NCBI GenBank assembly: GCA_964016885.1
Contig: OZ024756.1
Coordinates: forward strand, 5,208,001-5,272,000
From: Eledone cirrhosa
Taxonomy: Eukaryota
Direction: 5' to 3'
DNA length: 64,000 bases
Positions 53,725 through 64,000 of the stretch are shown here, in pieces; the stretch's first letter is position 1, and every line of letters begins with the position of its first letter. The notes beneath the pieces were generated by a model, which had not been told where the DNA came from, searched no databases, and worked only from the letters and a program-made list of their open reading frames with translations. Position numbers and translations under genes: made by a program.

Positions 53725-54210
53725 AAATAATATTCAAAGAGTATTTAATCTTTCAAACATTTAATAACTAACGATTGTTTCATCCTTGTATAAGGCAGGT
53801 AAATACAAATATAGGATCACAACTTTGCTTCAGGAACATTTGGAGGATACATAATATGAGAGGTTAGATAAGAGCAAGCATTTATATTTATATAAGGCAA
53901 CTCTTTCAGCATCAATTTTAACCACAACTGAATATGGATTTTGACTGTACTTCATTTAACTGTAACCACATGTATTTTACTTTATTTTATCGCCTTTTAT
54001 CTGTATATCGCTCCTGATCTGTTATCTACTCCTATTTTTCACATGTATGCCGCCTCAGTTGTTTGGTTATCTTGTATAAATATTAATGCTAGATCCTATA
54101 TTTGTGTTTAACCTTTCTAATAACTCTGAAGAATTTGGCTTGTTCTAGGATGAAACGGTAGTTAGTTATTAAATGTTTGAAAGATTAAATACTCTGATTA
54201 TTATTTATAT
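53725..54210 (+). mobile_element. Diverged fold-back element with hammerhead at 54118-54170
   Basis: TAATAACT CTGAAGA atttggcttgttctaggat GAAA cggtag T AGTTATTA; the mirrored arm gives GAAA CAATCG TT AGTTATTA. Confidence 0.7.
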
Positions 54211-54232
54211 TGTGCATATAAATAATAATTTA

Positions 54233-54372
54233 AATTAAATAGGACCACAAAACATATATATCGAAAATCATAGTTATCTATATATTATACTATATTACAC
54301 ACACATATATAAACACACACACGCACAGACACACACACATATATAAACACACACACGCACAGACATACACAC

Positions 54373-54405
<33 letters not shown>

Positions 54406-54499
54406 CGTGTGTGTGTTTATATATTTGTGTTTAATGTAATATAATATATATATATAACTATGATTTTCGCTATATATTATTTGTGGTCCTATTTAATTT
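54233..54499. repeat. Degenerate palindrome with (CA)n/(TG)n centre
   Basis: aattaaataggaccaca / tgtggtcctatttaatt and cgaaaatcatagtta / taactatgattttcg. Confidence 0.75.
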
Positions 54500-54973
54500 C
54501 TTTCTTTTCTGAATCCCCAAAACTCGTTTATATATTTCGCTTATATATTTGATTGACAATTGTAGTAGTAATGATTATTGAAACTGTTATACCACACCTG
54601 GTATACCACAACAACAACAACAATCACAACCACAACAACAACAACAACAATCACAACCACAACAACAACCACAACAACAACAACCACGACAACTACAACA
54701 GCACCAAAGATGGCGAACATTACACAAAAAAAGCAAACAACAACAATATATAACGGCCACGCTGATAACAACAACAACATCATCATGAGCAGAAGAAGAA
54801 ATACGCCAAATTAATGATATTGAATATGTGTTGTATATGTAAACATTGAAAACATTAAGCTCAGGTGCAGTTCTACCTGAGATGCTACTAATTGGAATAT
54901 TAAATGCAACACCAAGTAGAATTTGAATCTCATTCTTTTCAGATTTTTTAATGAATTACAAACATTTTAGAAT

Positions 54974-55149
54974 AATTGTTTCTACAAGGCCAGCAATTAC
55001 CCAGTGCATTACTGGTACTTTATTTTATCGACCCCGTAAGGATGAAAGGCAAAGTCAACCTCGGCGGGATTTGAACTCAGACCGTAAAGGGACGTAACTA
55101 TGCTGGAAAGCATGGCGTCCGACTCTCTACCGATACTGCCAATCCACCA
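54974..55149 (-). mobile_element. tRNA-derived SINE
   Basis: Consensus; tttagaataa TSD-like flanks. Confidence 0.9.
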
Positions 55150-55313
55150 CTTTAGAATAAACACTTTAGAATAATGTTGATATTTCTCTATTTCCCAATG
55201 TAATATAAAATTTCTATCATTGACAGTGTGTTTGCCAACAGAACGGTGTATATACCATATGTGTATATACATATTACATACATGTATACATACATATATT
55301 TATACGTATACAC

Positions 55314-55349
<36 letters not shown>

Positions 55350-55352
<3 letters not shown>

Positions 55353-55786
55353 AAAGTTTTATTTTAAATTGTTGGGTTACAACAAGTAAATATTTTATAA
55401 CTGATATAAAGCACTCGACAAGTTTTTGGAGTAGATATACGATATTAAACAAATGGAAACTATATTTATAAAACCATATTTATTTCATTATACATATTTC
55501 AGGGATACCATATTAAAAATATGGCATGCCTTCGTCAGATAAAATACAATATATAAACAGTTTTATAAATAATTTTGACGTACCATAATATAAGCAACCA
55601 TTAAATTAGCCAGCTTCCTAATTTAATGGTCGCTTATATTATGGTACGTCAAAATTATTTATAAAACTGTTTATATATTGTATTTTATCTGACGAAGGCA
55701 TGCCATATTTTTAATATGGTATCCCTGAAATATGTATAATGAAATAAATATGGTTTTATAAATATAGTTTCCATTTGTTTAATATC
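55350..55786. mobile_element. Family B relative: near-perfect palindrome 55441-55786 with hammerheads in both arms
   Basis: TATTTTAT CTGACGA AGGCATGCCATAT tttta ATATGGTATCCCT GAAA TATGTA TA ATGAAATA (55681-55747); 8-nt spacer about 55610-55617. Confidence 0.85.
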
Positions 55787-56595
55787 ATATATATATATAT
55801 ATATATATATATTTATGAGTATATTTATGAGTATATATATTGATATATATATTTATGAATATGTGTGTGTGCGTGTGTGTGTGTTTGAGAGAGAGAGTGC
55901 TATAGTATGTTTGAGAGAGAGAGAGAGAGAGAGAGAGTGCTATAGTACATATGCACATGTAAATATATTTTTTTTATAATAAAATATAGTTACAATTTTT
56001 GTTAGCAATTATTGGGTAAATGCTTATTGCGCTGAAACAGCTCTTTGAATCAATTACTAAGTTTTCATGTCCACAGTATAATGCCATCCTCCACTAATGG
56101 CTTTCTTAATTATTATAATGGTCGTTATGGCAATTTAATCACATGAATAAATCGCTGATGTCATCATTTAATTGTTAAATCGAAACAACATATTTTAAAT
56201 TTACTGTCGCTTACGATTTTTAAAATTGTTTGCAGTATTTGCAGGAAATAGACGCCTGACTCTTGTGACATTTAAGCAAGATAGATCAGGATGTAGTAAT
56301 ACAATTGCTTTGGAAGAGATTAATGAAATGAGATAATTTATAATGAAACCAGTTAATCCTTAACATGTTTTAAATGTATTGTCGCCTATGATTTTAAAAA
56401 TTGTTTGCACTACTTTTTCTCAGAAAGTTGCATGATTCTTGTGATATTTAAGCAAGATAGATTAGGATGTAGTAATACACTTGCCTTGGAAGAGATTAAT
56501 GAAAATAAATAACTTATAATAGAAGGGTTAATCCATACCATATTTATAGATGCATGACTTTTGTGATATCTACGGAAGATAGATTGCAGAGTAAT

Positions 56596-56779
56596 AATTG
56601 TTTCTACTTTTGGCACAAGGCCAGCAATAACCCAGTGCATTACTGGTACTTTATTTTATCGACCCCGTAAGGATGAAAGGCAAAGTTAACCTCGGCGGGA
56701 ATTGAACTCAGAATGGAAAGGCGCGTAACTCTATACGTCAAAGCATGGCGTCCGACCCCCTACTGATACTGCCAATCCA
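56596..56779 (-). mobile_element. tRNA-derived SINE
   Basis: Consensus. Confidence 0.9.
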
Positions 56780-56997
56780 AAACATTTACCTTGGAGGATA
56801 TGCGAGGAAAGGGGATATCTTATAATGAAATGGTTTAATCCCCTATTGAAAATCCTATTCTGATCTTACAGTCGGATTTCTGAAGGGAACCTCAATTTTA
56901 TAAACATACATGCTTAGTAAAGAGTTGTTATTTAATAGAATTACAGACAATAAATCAATTCACATTTGTATAAATAACATTATAAATATTAATTGTA

Positions 56998-57410
56998 GGG
57001 CGGTGGATTGGCAGTATCCGTAGAGGGTCGGACGCCATGCTTTGAAGCATAGAGTTACGGCTCTTTATGATCTGAGCTCAAATCCCGCCGAGGTTAACCT
57101 TGCCTTTCATCCTTATGGGATCAATGAAATAAAGTACCAGTCACGCACTGGGGTCGATTTAATCGAATTTCCCCTCCCCCCAAATTACTGGCCTTGTGCC
57201 TATATAAGAGACCATTATAAATATTAATTGTTTCTGCTTTGGGCACAAGGCCAGCAATTATTCCAGTGTATTACTCGTACTTTATTTATCGACCCCGTAA
57301 GGAGGAAAGGCAACGTTAACCTCGGCGGGATTTGAACTCAGACCACAAAGGGCCGTAACTCTTTGCTTCAAACATGGCGTTCGACTCTCTACCGATACTG
57401 CCAATCCAAC
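56998..57410. mobile_element. Tail-to-tail SINE pair (56998-57218 +, 57226-57410 -)
   Basis: TSD cattataaatattaat for the first; the second is inserted in that TSD. Confidence 0.85.
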
Positions 57411-57609
57411 GCTACAAATATTAATGGAAATATGTAAGAAGAGAAAAACATAAAAACGAAACAAAGCAATGAACAGAGAGGGGAGGGGGTAAAGAAGGGC
57501 AAATCTGAGTGTATAGAAAAGTAGGACAAAGGGCTATAAATGTCATAAATGAGGGGAAGATGCAAGGAATATGATGCCAGGGATAATCAATAAAGCAAGA
57601 ATAACCTAC

Positions 57610-57961
57610 ATTAATCCTAACCATAACCTTAACCTATGATTATAATCATAGCTGTAATACTAACCCTAACTTTAACGCAAACCCTAACCATAAACCTAAC
57701 CCCAACCCTAAACATAACCATAACCTTAGCCCTAACTATAACCATAATCATAACTTAATCACCAACCCTAACTTTAACCAAAAACCTAAACCTATCCCTA
57801 ACCCTAACCCTAACCCTAACCCTAAACCTAACCCTAACCCTAACCCTAAACCTATCCCTAACCATAACCTTAGCCCAAACCGTAATCATAATCACGGCCG
57901 TAACATTAACCTTAACCCTAAAACTGTCCCTAAACATAACCTTAACCCTAATCTTAACCCT
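57610..57961. repeat. Degenerate interstitial (CCCTAA)n telomere-like array
   Basis: Short perfect ccctaa runs within 57796-57850 among variant hexamers. Confidence 0.85.
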
Positions 57962-58339
57962 TGTCTATGATTGAATATTACCGAAATAATGGACTGGTCA
58001 TCGCTTAGATGTGGTTTAGGGGAAAGGTATCGAACCTATGGCCCATGTGTCCAAGTTGGCCTAGGAAAACATTTCATTAACAGATGAAGTTTATTGTTTA
58101 TTTAAAATATCGATGATCCTTATATCTTCAGCCGTTTAGTCAGGGTTGGATCTATAGGTTTGTTGATACACTATTTGAAATAACAAAATAAAGATATATA
58201 TAAAGATGTACACCTATAGCTTGTGGAAAACTGGTTTAAGCAATTCGTGTATGACAACCATCTTGGAATTCATTGAAAATGCCTATTATCAAGCCAGGAG
58301 ATGTTTTTAAATCTATTTACCTGTTTAACTTCTCCAAAA

Positions 58340-59450
58340 TGTCAGCTCAACCTGAAAAGAAACAAAACCGTTCAAATGAAGTGCAACAGTGATGTTTTTC
58401 AAGAAACACGAAGTGAAAAATTTGCTGTGATCAATTTTGATCACAGCAAATGATAAAGCAGTATTATACAGCTTACGTTATGAAACAGTGTTGTGTAGGA
58501 CTTTCTCCCTAAAGCGGCATTATTATGGCGATCATTGCTGGCTTTGCAATAAAAGTAAGAACGCTAGGTGAAGAAAAAACATATTTCTGAAAAAATTCAT
58601 ATAAAAACAAAACGAAATGAATGTTTTTAGGCGGTTCTAATTCTGTTGCCACTAGTTTTGAGATTGCAAAGATTATTGCGATTTCAAAGAAGTAATATTA
58701 AAGATGAAAACAAACATAGAGATCAGATAAAAAAATGTTATTGCTTTATGTAAATCCCATTTTACTTTTTAGATGGGAATACGGATATTACATAATCTGT
58801 TAGGCAGGCTATTAATATTGTAGTGTATCTGAAATACGTGAAGCAATTGGTATACACGATAGATATAGAATAGGTAAGATATTAAATAGATTGAACTTTC
58901 AGAAACAGTTTCTATGACAACTGTTGGTGCACTCAATATGGGTGGCAGAGAAACAAGTTTGGTACATTTGTTTGCAAAATATATTGGTTCCTTTTCGTTG
59001 TATTGCACAAAAGGAGGGATTGTATTCAAAAGCTTTAAAGACCTTGAAAATGAGATGAACATTGCAACAAACAGAAATGTTTTTTTTTTAAAGGATAGTT
59101 TTAATATTTACTATTCACTATACACAGGACAGTGTTTGTTGGTTAAGACGAGTTACGGGCTTTAAGCAATTTGTTGATTAAGACGCTTTAAGCAATTTGT
59201 TGAGTGTTTGAAAGAAATTCCTTTGTTTTGGAAAAAATGAAAAATCTTTTCTTATCAAATATTACCTGACATTGACTGAAGTTTTCGATTAATGTTTTTT
59301 TGTGGTAAAAATGTTTCCTTCATATATAGATTATTTGAACAATAGTTTACAGACATATGTCAAAATACTTGATTTTATGTTTGATAAGAGAAACGAGGTT
59401 GAAATCAAACGAAAAGTTTTCCAAACTTAATGTAGACAATTTAAATATTT
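58340..59450 (+). pseudogene. Decayed hAT transposase (SPIN/GTF2IRD2-like)
   Basis: ATSFEIAKIIAISKK (ASY..A..IA..K motif); SMTTVGALNMGGRETSLVHLF...YC (TDGA..M.G...HC motif); many stops. Confidence 0.6.
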
Positions 59451-59675
59451 TAAATATTTTTCAGACCTTGTATATATATATATATATAACGGAGGAGTTG
59501 TGGTAAGGAACCATATGGACCGTAACGCACCAGAGTACTCAATACTTAGGGTAGTATATATATATACATATATATTGTTATACTTGGGAAGGGTCATATT
59601 GCCAGAAATAATAACAGAACACACTCACTGTTTGGTTGGTTTTCGTTCTGCATCTTTATATATATATATATATAT

Positions 59676-59765
<90 letters not shown>

Positions 59766-59869
59766 TAGTAAGAAACAGGTCCTGATGAACATTTTAATAA
59801 TGTTTATGTTATATGTTAATCAACTATGAAGTAGAAAATAAAAACATGTTTGTTGCTGTAAAGAGTAAC

Positions 59870-60190
59870 ATAAATCCTTCGTACATTCACTGATATTACA
59901 TCTATATAAAACACAATTATATATGTATAAAATACCTCCTGCGTACGTTCACTGATATTACATTTCTACCAAACACAATTACACATGTAGAGATTAAAAT
60001 ACCTCCTTTGTACGTTCACATACTGTAAATTTATATCGAACATTTTTACATATGTAAAGATTAAAATACCTCCTTCGTACGTTCACATATCGTACATGTA
60101 TATCAAACACAATTACATATGTAAAGATTAATGTAATTCCTTCGTACGCTACCTTATCTGACGTCTATATCAAACACAATTACATATGTA
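59870..60190. repeat. ~60-bp tandem minisatellite
   Basis: cctccttcgtacgttcac...aaacacaattacatatgtaaagatt repeated about 5 times. Confidence 0.8.
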
Positions 60191-61067
60191 AAAGAACTCC
60201 AAATGTGAACTAATGTTATTCCAGTATTACTATCGTGTTTAATATTATCATTATGTCAGTCCAAACAATATATCGTGACCCCTATCCTGCTTTTACAGCC
60301 ATCTAGTGCCATAAATGTGAATTATATTGATCCCAGCCACGTTTTATTAAAGAACATGGACATAAAATACAGCAGTGAATGTAAGTACAAATAAATACCG
60401 ACTGCAAAATACGCTGAAATAGAAGGGAAGCTTTCTGAACAAAATTCTCCTAGAATAATAAAATATGACACAAATGTACTGTGAGAAACAGTAAGGGGGA
60501 TTTAAATGTAAGAAGGTTAACTTACACAACCAAGTAACTAACTTGTAAAGAGATATTATAGCAGAACTACACAGGAAGATACTATAAAAGATATAACCAG
60601 GACATTTTAATGTGATATATGATAGATAGTCAGTAATTACGAATTCAGAAAATAGACTGTTAAACTTGAAATCTTTCCACCAAATGTAAATATATTACGT
60701 AAGATAAACGAACGCATATACACAAATATACTTCTTTTTATATGCATATATGCATATATGCATATATGCATACGTATATATATATATATATATATTCCTG
60801 TCAGCATGACTTGGCAAGCTATTTAGAACACTGGTTTAACCGCTTTATTTCCCTCCGAAGAAGAGATATTATCTCGAAAATTAAGGACATTTAAATAAAT
60901 CTAAGATAAAAGACTAATTGTCAACAATATCTTTTGCATTTGCATTCTTTATTCTATGTCCATACCTGCATTGTTTTGGCTTTATTATACATATACAAAC
61001 GTTTATATATATATATATATAGATAAATATACACGGGTGTGTATGATTGTGTATAGAAGATTATATT

Positions 61068-61432
61068 AATAAAAGGAATTCCAACTTTGTCTGATTTACT
61101 CGTTTTATTTACAATCCATTAAAATTTATAATGGTATTAGAATGAAATAGTATGGTAGAATATTCAATGTTAAGTGCTAATTGAACAAGTACTTTCATGC
61201 TTTCGCAATCTTCAAAGTCATATTCTGTGGTGACAGTCAAGTTTGCAAGAAAATTGCAAACTTGACTGTCACCACAGAATATGAGACCTGAAGATTGCGA
61301 AAGCATGAAAGTACTTGTTCAATTAGCACTTAACATTGAATATTCTACCATACTATTTCATTCGAATACCATTATAAATTTTAACGGATTGTAAATAAAA
61401 CAAGTAAATCAGACGAAGTTGGAATTCCTTTT

Positions 61433-61435
<3 letters not shown>
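61068..61435. mobile_element. Near-perfect palindrome (5-nt spacer about 61249-61253) with hammerhead at 61283-61320
   Basis: CTGAAGA t TGC gaaa GCA t GAAA GTAC TT GTTC; palindromic stem III AGTACT. Confidence 0.82.
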
Positions 61436-61519
<84 letters not shown>

Positions 61520-61726
61520 ATTTAGGTAAAATTACATTTTTCCTTAAATATATCTTTTGCTTGCTTGTTATGTACTTAATCATAATTGTAATATATTTAG
61601 AACTGCACCGGAATAATATTTTACGTAATAATTACTGCGTAATTGCTGGCCTTGTGCCTAAAGTAGAAACAATACTTTACGTAATAAAGCTCTGAAAAAA
61701 TTATAAAGCCTTTTTCTATATATATA

Positions 61727-63838
61727 CACTCGCCCATCCTCACTGGCTTTCGACTGACAGCCACTGACGGGACGGGTAGCAGTAAGCTATATTACAGGCC
61801 TTGAATGGGTCATTGTTTGGCTGAGAGGGGGAACTGACTAAGCGAATTTCGTTGAGATCTGCGGTAGCTAATGGTCAACTTCCTACGGACCTGCGCCTGC
61901 GCAGACGTGGTGGGGGTCAATTGGTACTCACAGGGGAATGGACGAAGAACCCAAGAGCACACACTTCGTCCGTTCCCATGTCGATTCAATTTGGATTGCC
62001 TCGGAAACATAACCTTATTATGTAAAAAGCTGTCTGACGATGTCGCGACACTGGCGCACGGAACAGTGTAACCACTGTCGCCATTGAAATATATATCACA
62101 GCATTATTATTAAAAGGGCGGGGGATTGGCAGTATCGGTAGAGGGTCGGACGCCATGCTTTGACGCATAGAGTTACGGCCCTTTCCATTCTGAGTTCAAA
62201 TCCAGCCGAGGTAAACTTTGCCTTTCATCCTTACGAGGTCGATAAAATAAAGTACCAGTAATACGCTGGGTAATTGCTGGCCTTGTGCCAAAAGTAGAAA
62301 CAATTATTATTTAAAGACTTGAACATCTGAAACTACTTCGCTTTTCCTTATTCGATATTTACTCCGTCACTCCTATGTGGAATAAGTACGTTGAGTGCTT
62401 CAATTGAATTGCATCAATATTTACCCTAAGAATTTAGCTCCAATTAGTTGAGCGCTCTATGATGTAACCGATATGGTGGAGAACAGAGGAACCAACCAAG
62501 AGCTACACCCGGAAATACCCCCTACCATGGGGATTGAAACCCCTGATACTGGACGGACATAATACCTTTCGGCAGGATAAATACGCGGAAACAAAAACAA
62601 AGATAAACCCCTATTTCCTGCACCAAATCGCATTTGAACAGAAGCCCCCTCAATTCAATCTATACATGGACAAATTGACAATCATATTGATCATCTATCT
62701 CATTTTGCATATATGTACTCTGTGTTTTTGTATTTATTCATTAATTGTTTTTTCTTTTGTGTACGTTATATCGTTTTTTTTTTGGTTCGGTTCCATGTGA
62801 TGGAAATTCTAGCTATGTACCCGACTAAATACTACCTTTCATACCGTACTTTACCCTCCGTTGTACTCTACGGTACTATCGTTCAGTATATAGATAATAT
62901 AACCGTAACATTAATACCCATTTCAAAACTTCTTACTTAAACATCTCTCTGCATATTATTTACTCACTTCAATCTATATTTTTTTTACTCGCCTCAATCC
63001 AGATTCCCAATTGAAAAAGTATTAATTTTTAATTGTTAATTTTTAATTTCTAATTTTTGATATTTAATATTTGATTTCTGATTTTGGATTTTAAATTTTA
63101 ATTCCCAACTCTCATTCATAACTTCCACTGTGAAACCAGGATACATAGAATTAAATATATTTTCTCTTAGAGGTTGATGGTCAATTATACTGTCCATGCT
63201 TAATGAGAGGTGGTATTCAGACCTGTGGATACTCACACTCTCTCATCCCCACTGGCTTTCGACTGACAGCCACTGACGGGATAGGTAGCAGTAAGCTATA
63301 TTACAGACCTTGAAGGGCTCATTGTTCGGCTGAGAGGGGGAACTGACTAAGCGAATTTCGTTGAAATCTGCGGTAGCTAATGGTCAATTTCATACGGACC
63401 TGCGCCTGCGCAGACCGGTGGGGGTGAATTGATACTCACATGGGAATGGAAGAAGAACCCAAGAGCACACACTTCGTCCGTTCCCATGTCGATTCAATTT
63501 GAATTGCCGCGGAAACATAACCTTATTATGTAAAAAGCTGTCTGACGATGTCGCGACACTGGCGCACGGAACAGTGTGAACACTGTCGCCATTGAAATAT
63601 ATATCACAGCATTATTTTGGCAGTATCGTTAGAGGGTTGGAAGCCATGCTTTCTTGCATAGTTACGTCCCTTTACAGTCTGAGTTCAAATCCCGCCGAGG
63701 TTAACTGCCTTTCATCCCTACGGGGTCGATAAAATAAGGTACCTGTAATGTACTGGGTATTTGATGGCCTTGTGCCTAAAGTAGAAACAATTATTATTAA
63801 AAGACTTGAACATCTGAAACTACTTCGGTTTTCCTTAT
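61727..63838 (+). mobile_element. ~2.1-kb element with ~610-bp direct terminal repeats (61727-62350, 63236-63838) flanked by (TA)n; hammerhead-like motifs and a SINE in each repeat
   Basis: Repeats align end to end; CTGACGA..GGAA CAGTG taac CACTG TC at 62034-62079 and 63542-63587; SINEs at 62116-62308 and 63618-63797. Confidence 0.7.
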
Positions 63839-63904
63839 TATATATATGTATATATGTATATATATATGTATGTATATATGTATATATATATATATATATA
63901 TATC

Positions 63905-63980
<76 letters not shown>

Positions 63981-64000
63981 CACACACATATATATATATA

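Noticed and set aside
56180-56560. ~175-bp diverged direct duplication (also 4082-4345, 26210-26375, 51450-51760)
   Set aside because: Ordinary local tandem duplications without other signals

Overview
AT-rich, repeat-saturated eukaryotic (animal) DNA with no recognisable host protein-coding gene. The SINE families, the RTE/Penelope content and the dense (TA)n/(CA)n/(TACA)n microsatellites look cephalopod (octopus-like); this is an inference. Most ORFs in the supplied track are microsatellite artefacts. Real content: a near full-length RTE-clade LINE (999-aa APE+RT ORF, 44885-47884); decayed Tx1/L1-like, RTE, CRE-like (RLE) and hAT fragments; two non-autonomous Helitrons; about 20 copies of a tRNA-derived SINE; and a ~3.9-kb palindrome made of two 3' halves of a Penelope-like (RT-thumb + GIY-YIG) element. 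The most striking signal is a set of short elements from many unrelated sequence families, embedded in (TA)n, built as fold-back palindromes or tandem/direct repeats. They carry type I hammerhead-ribozyme motifs (CUGANGA-stemII-GAAA-stemIII-UH, about 15 copies read by eye). In several cases the palindrome axis lies exactly in the ribozyme stem II, suggesting a ribozyme-hairpin-primed fold-back mechanism for a retrozyme-like/non-autonomous Penelope system. All calls are by manual reading; coordinates of degenerate ends are approximate.
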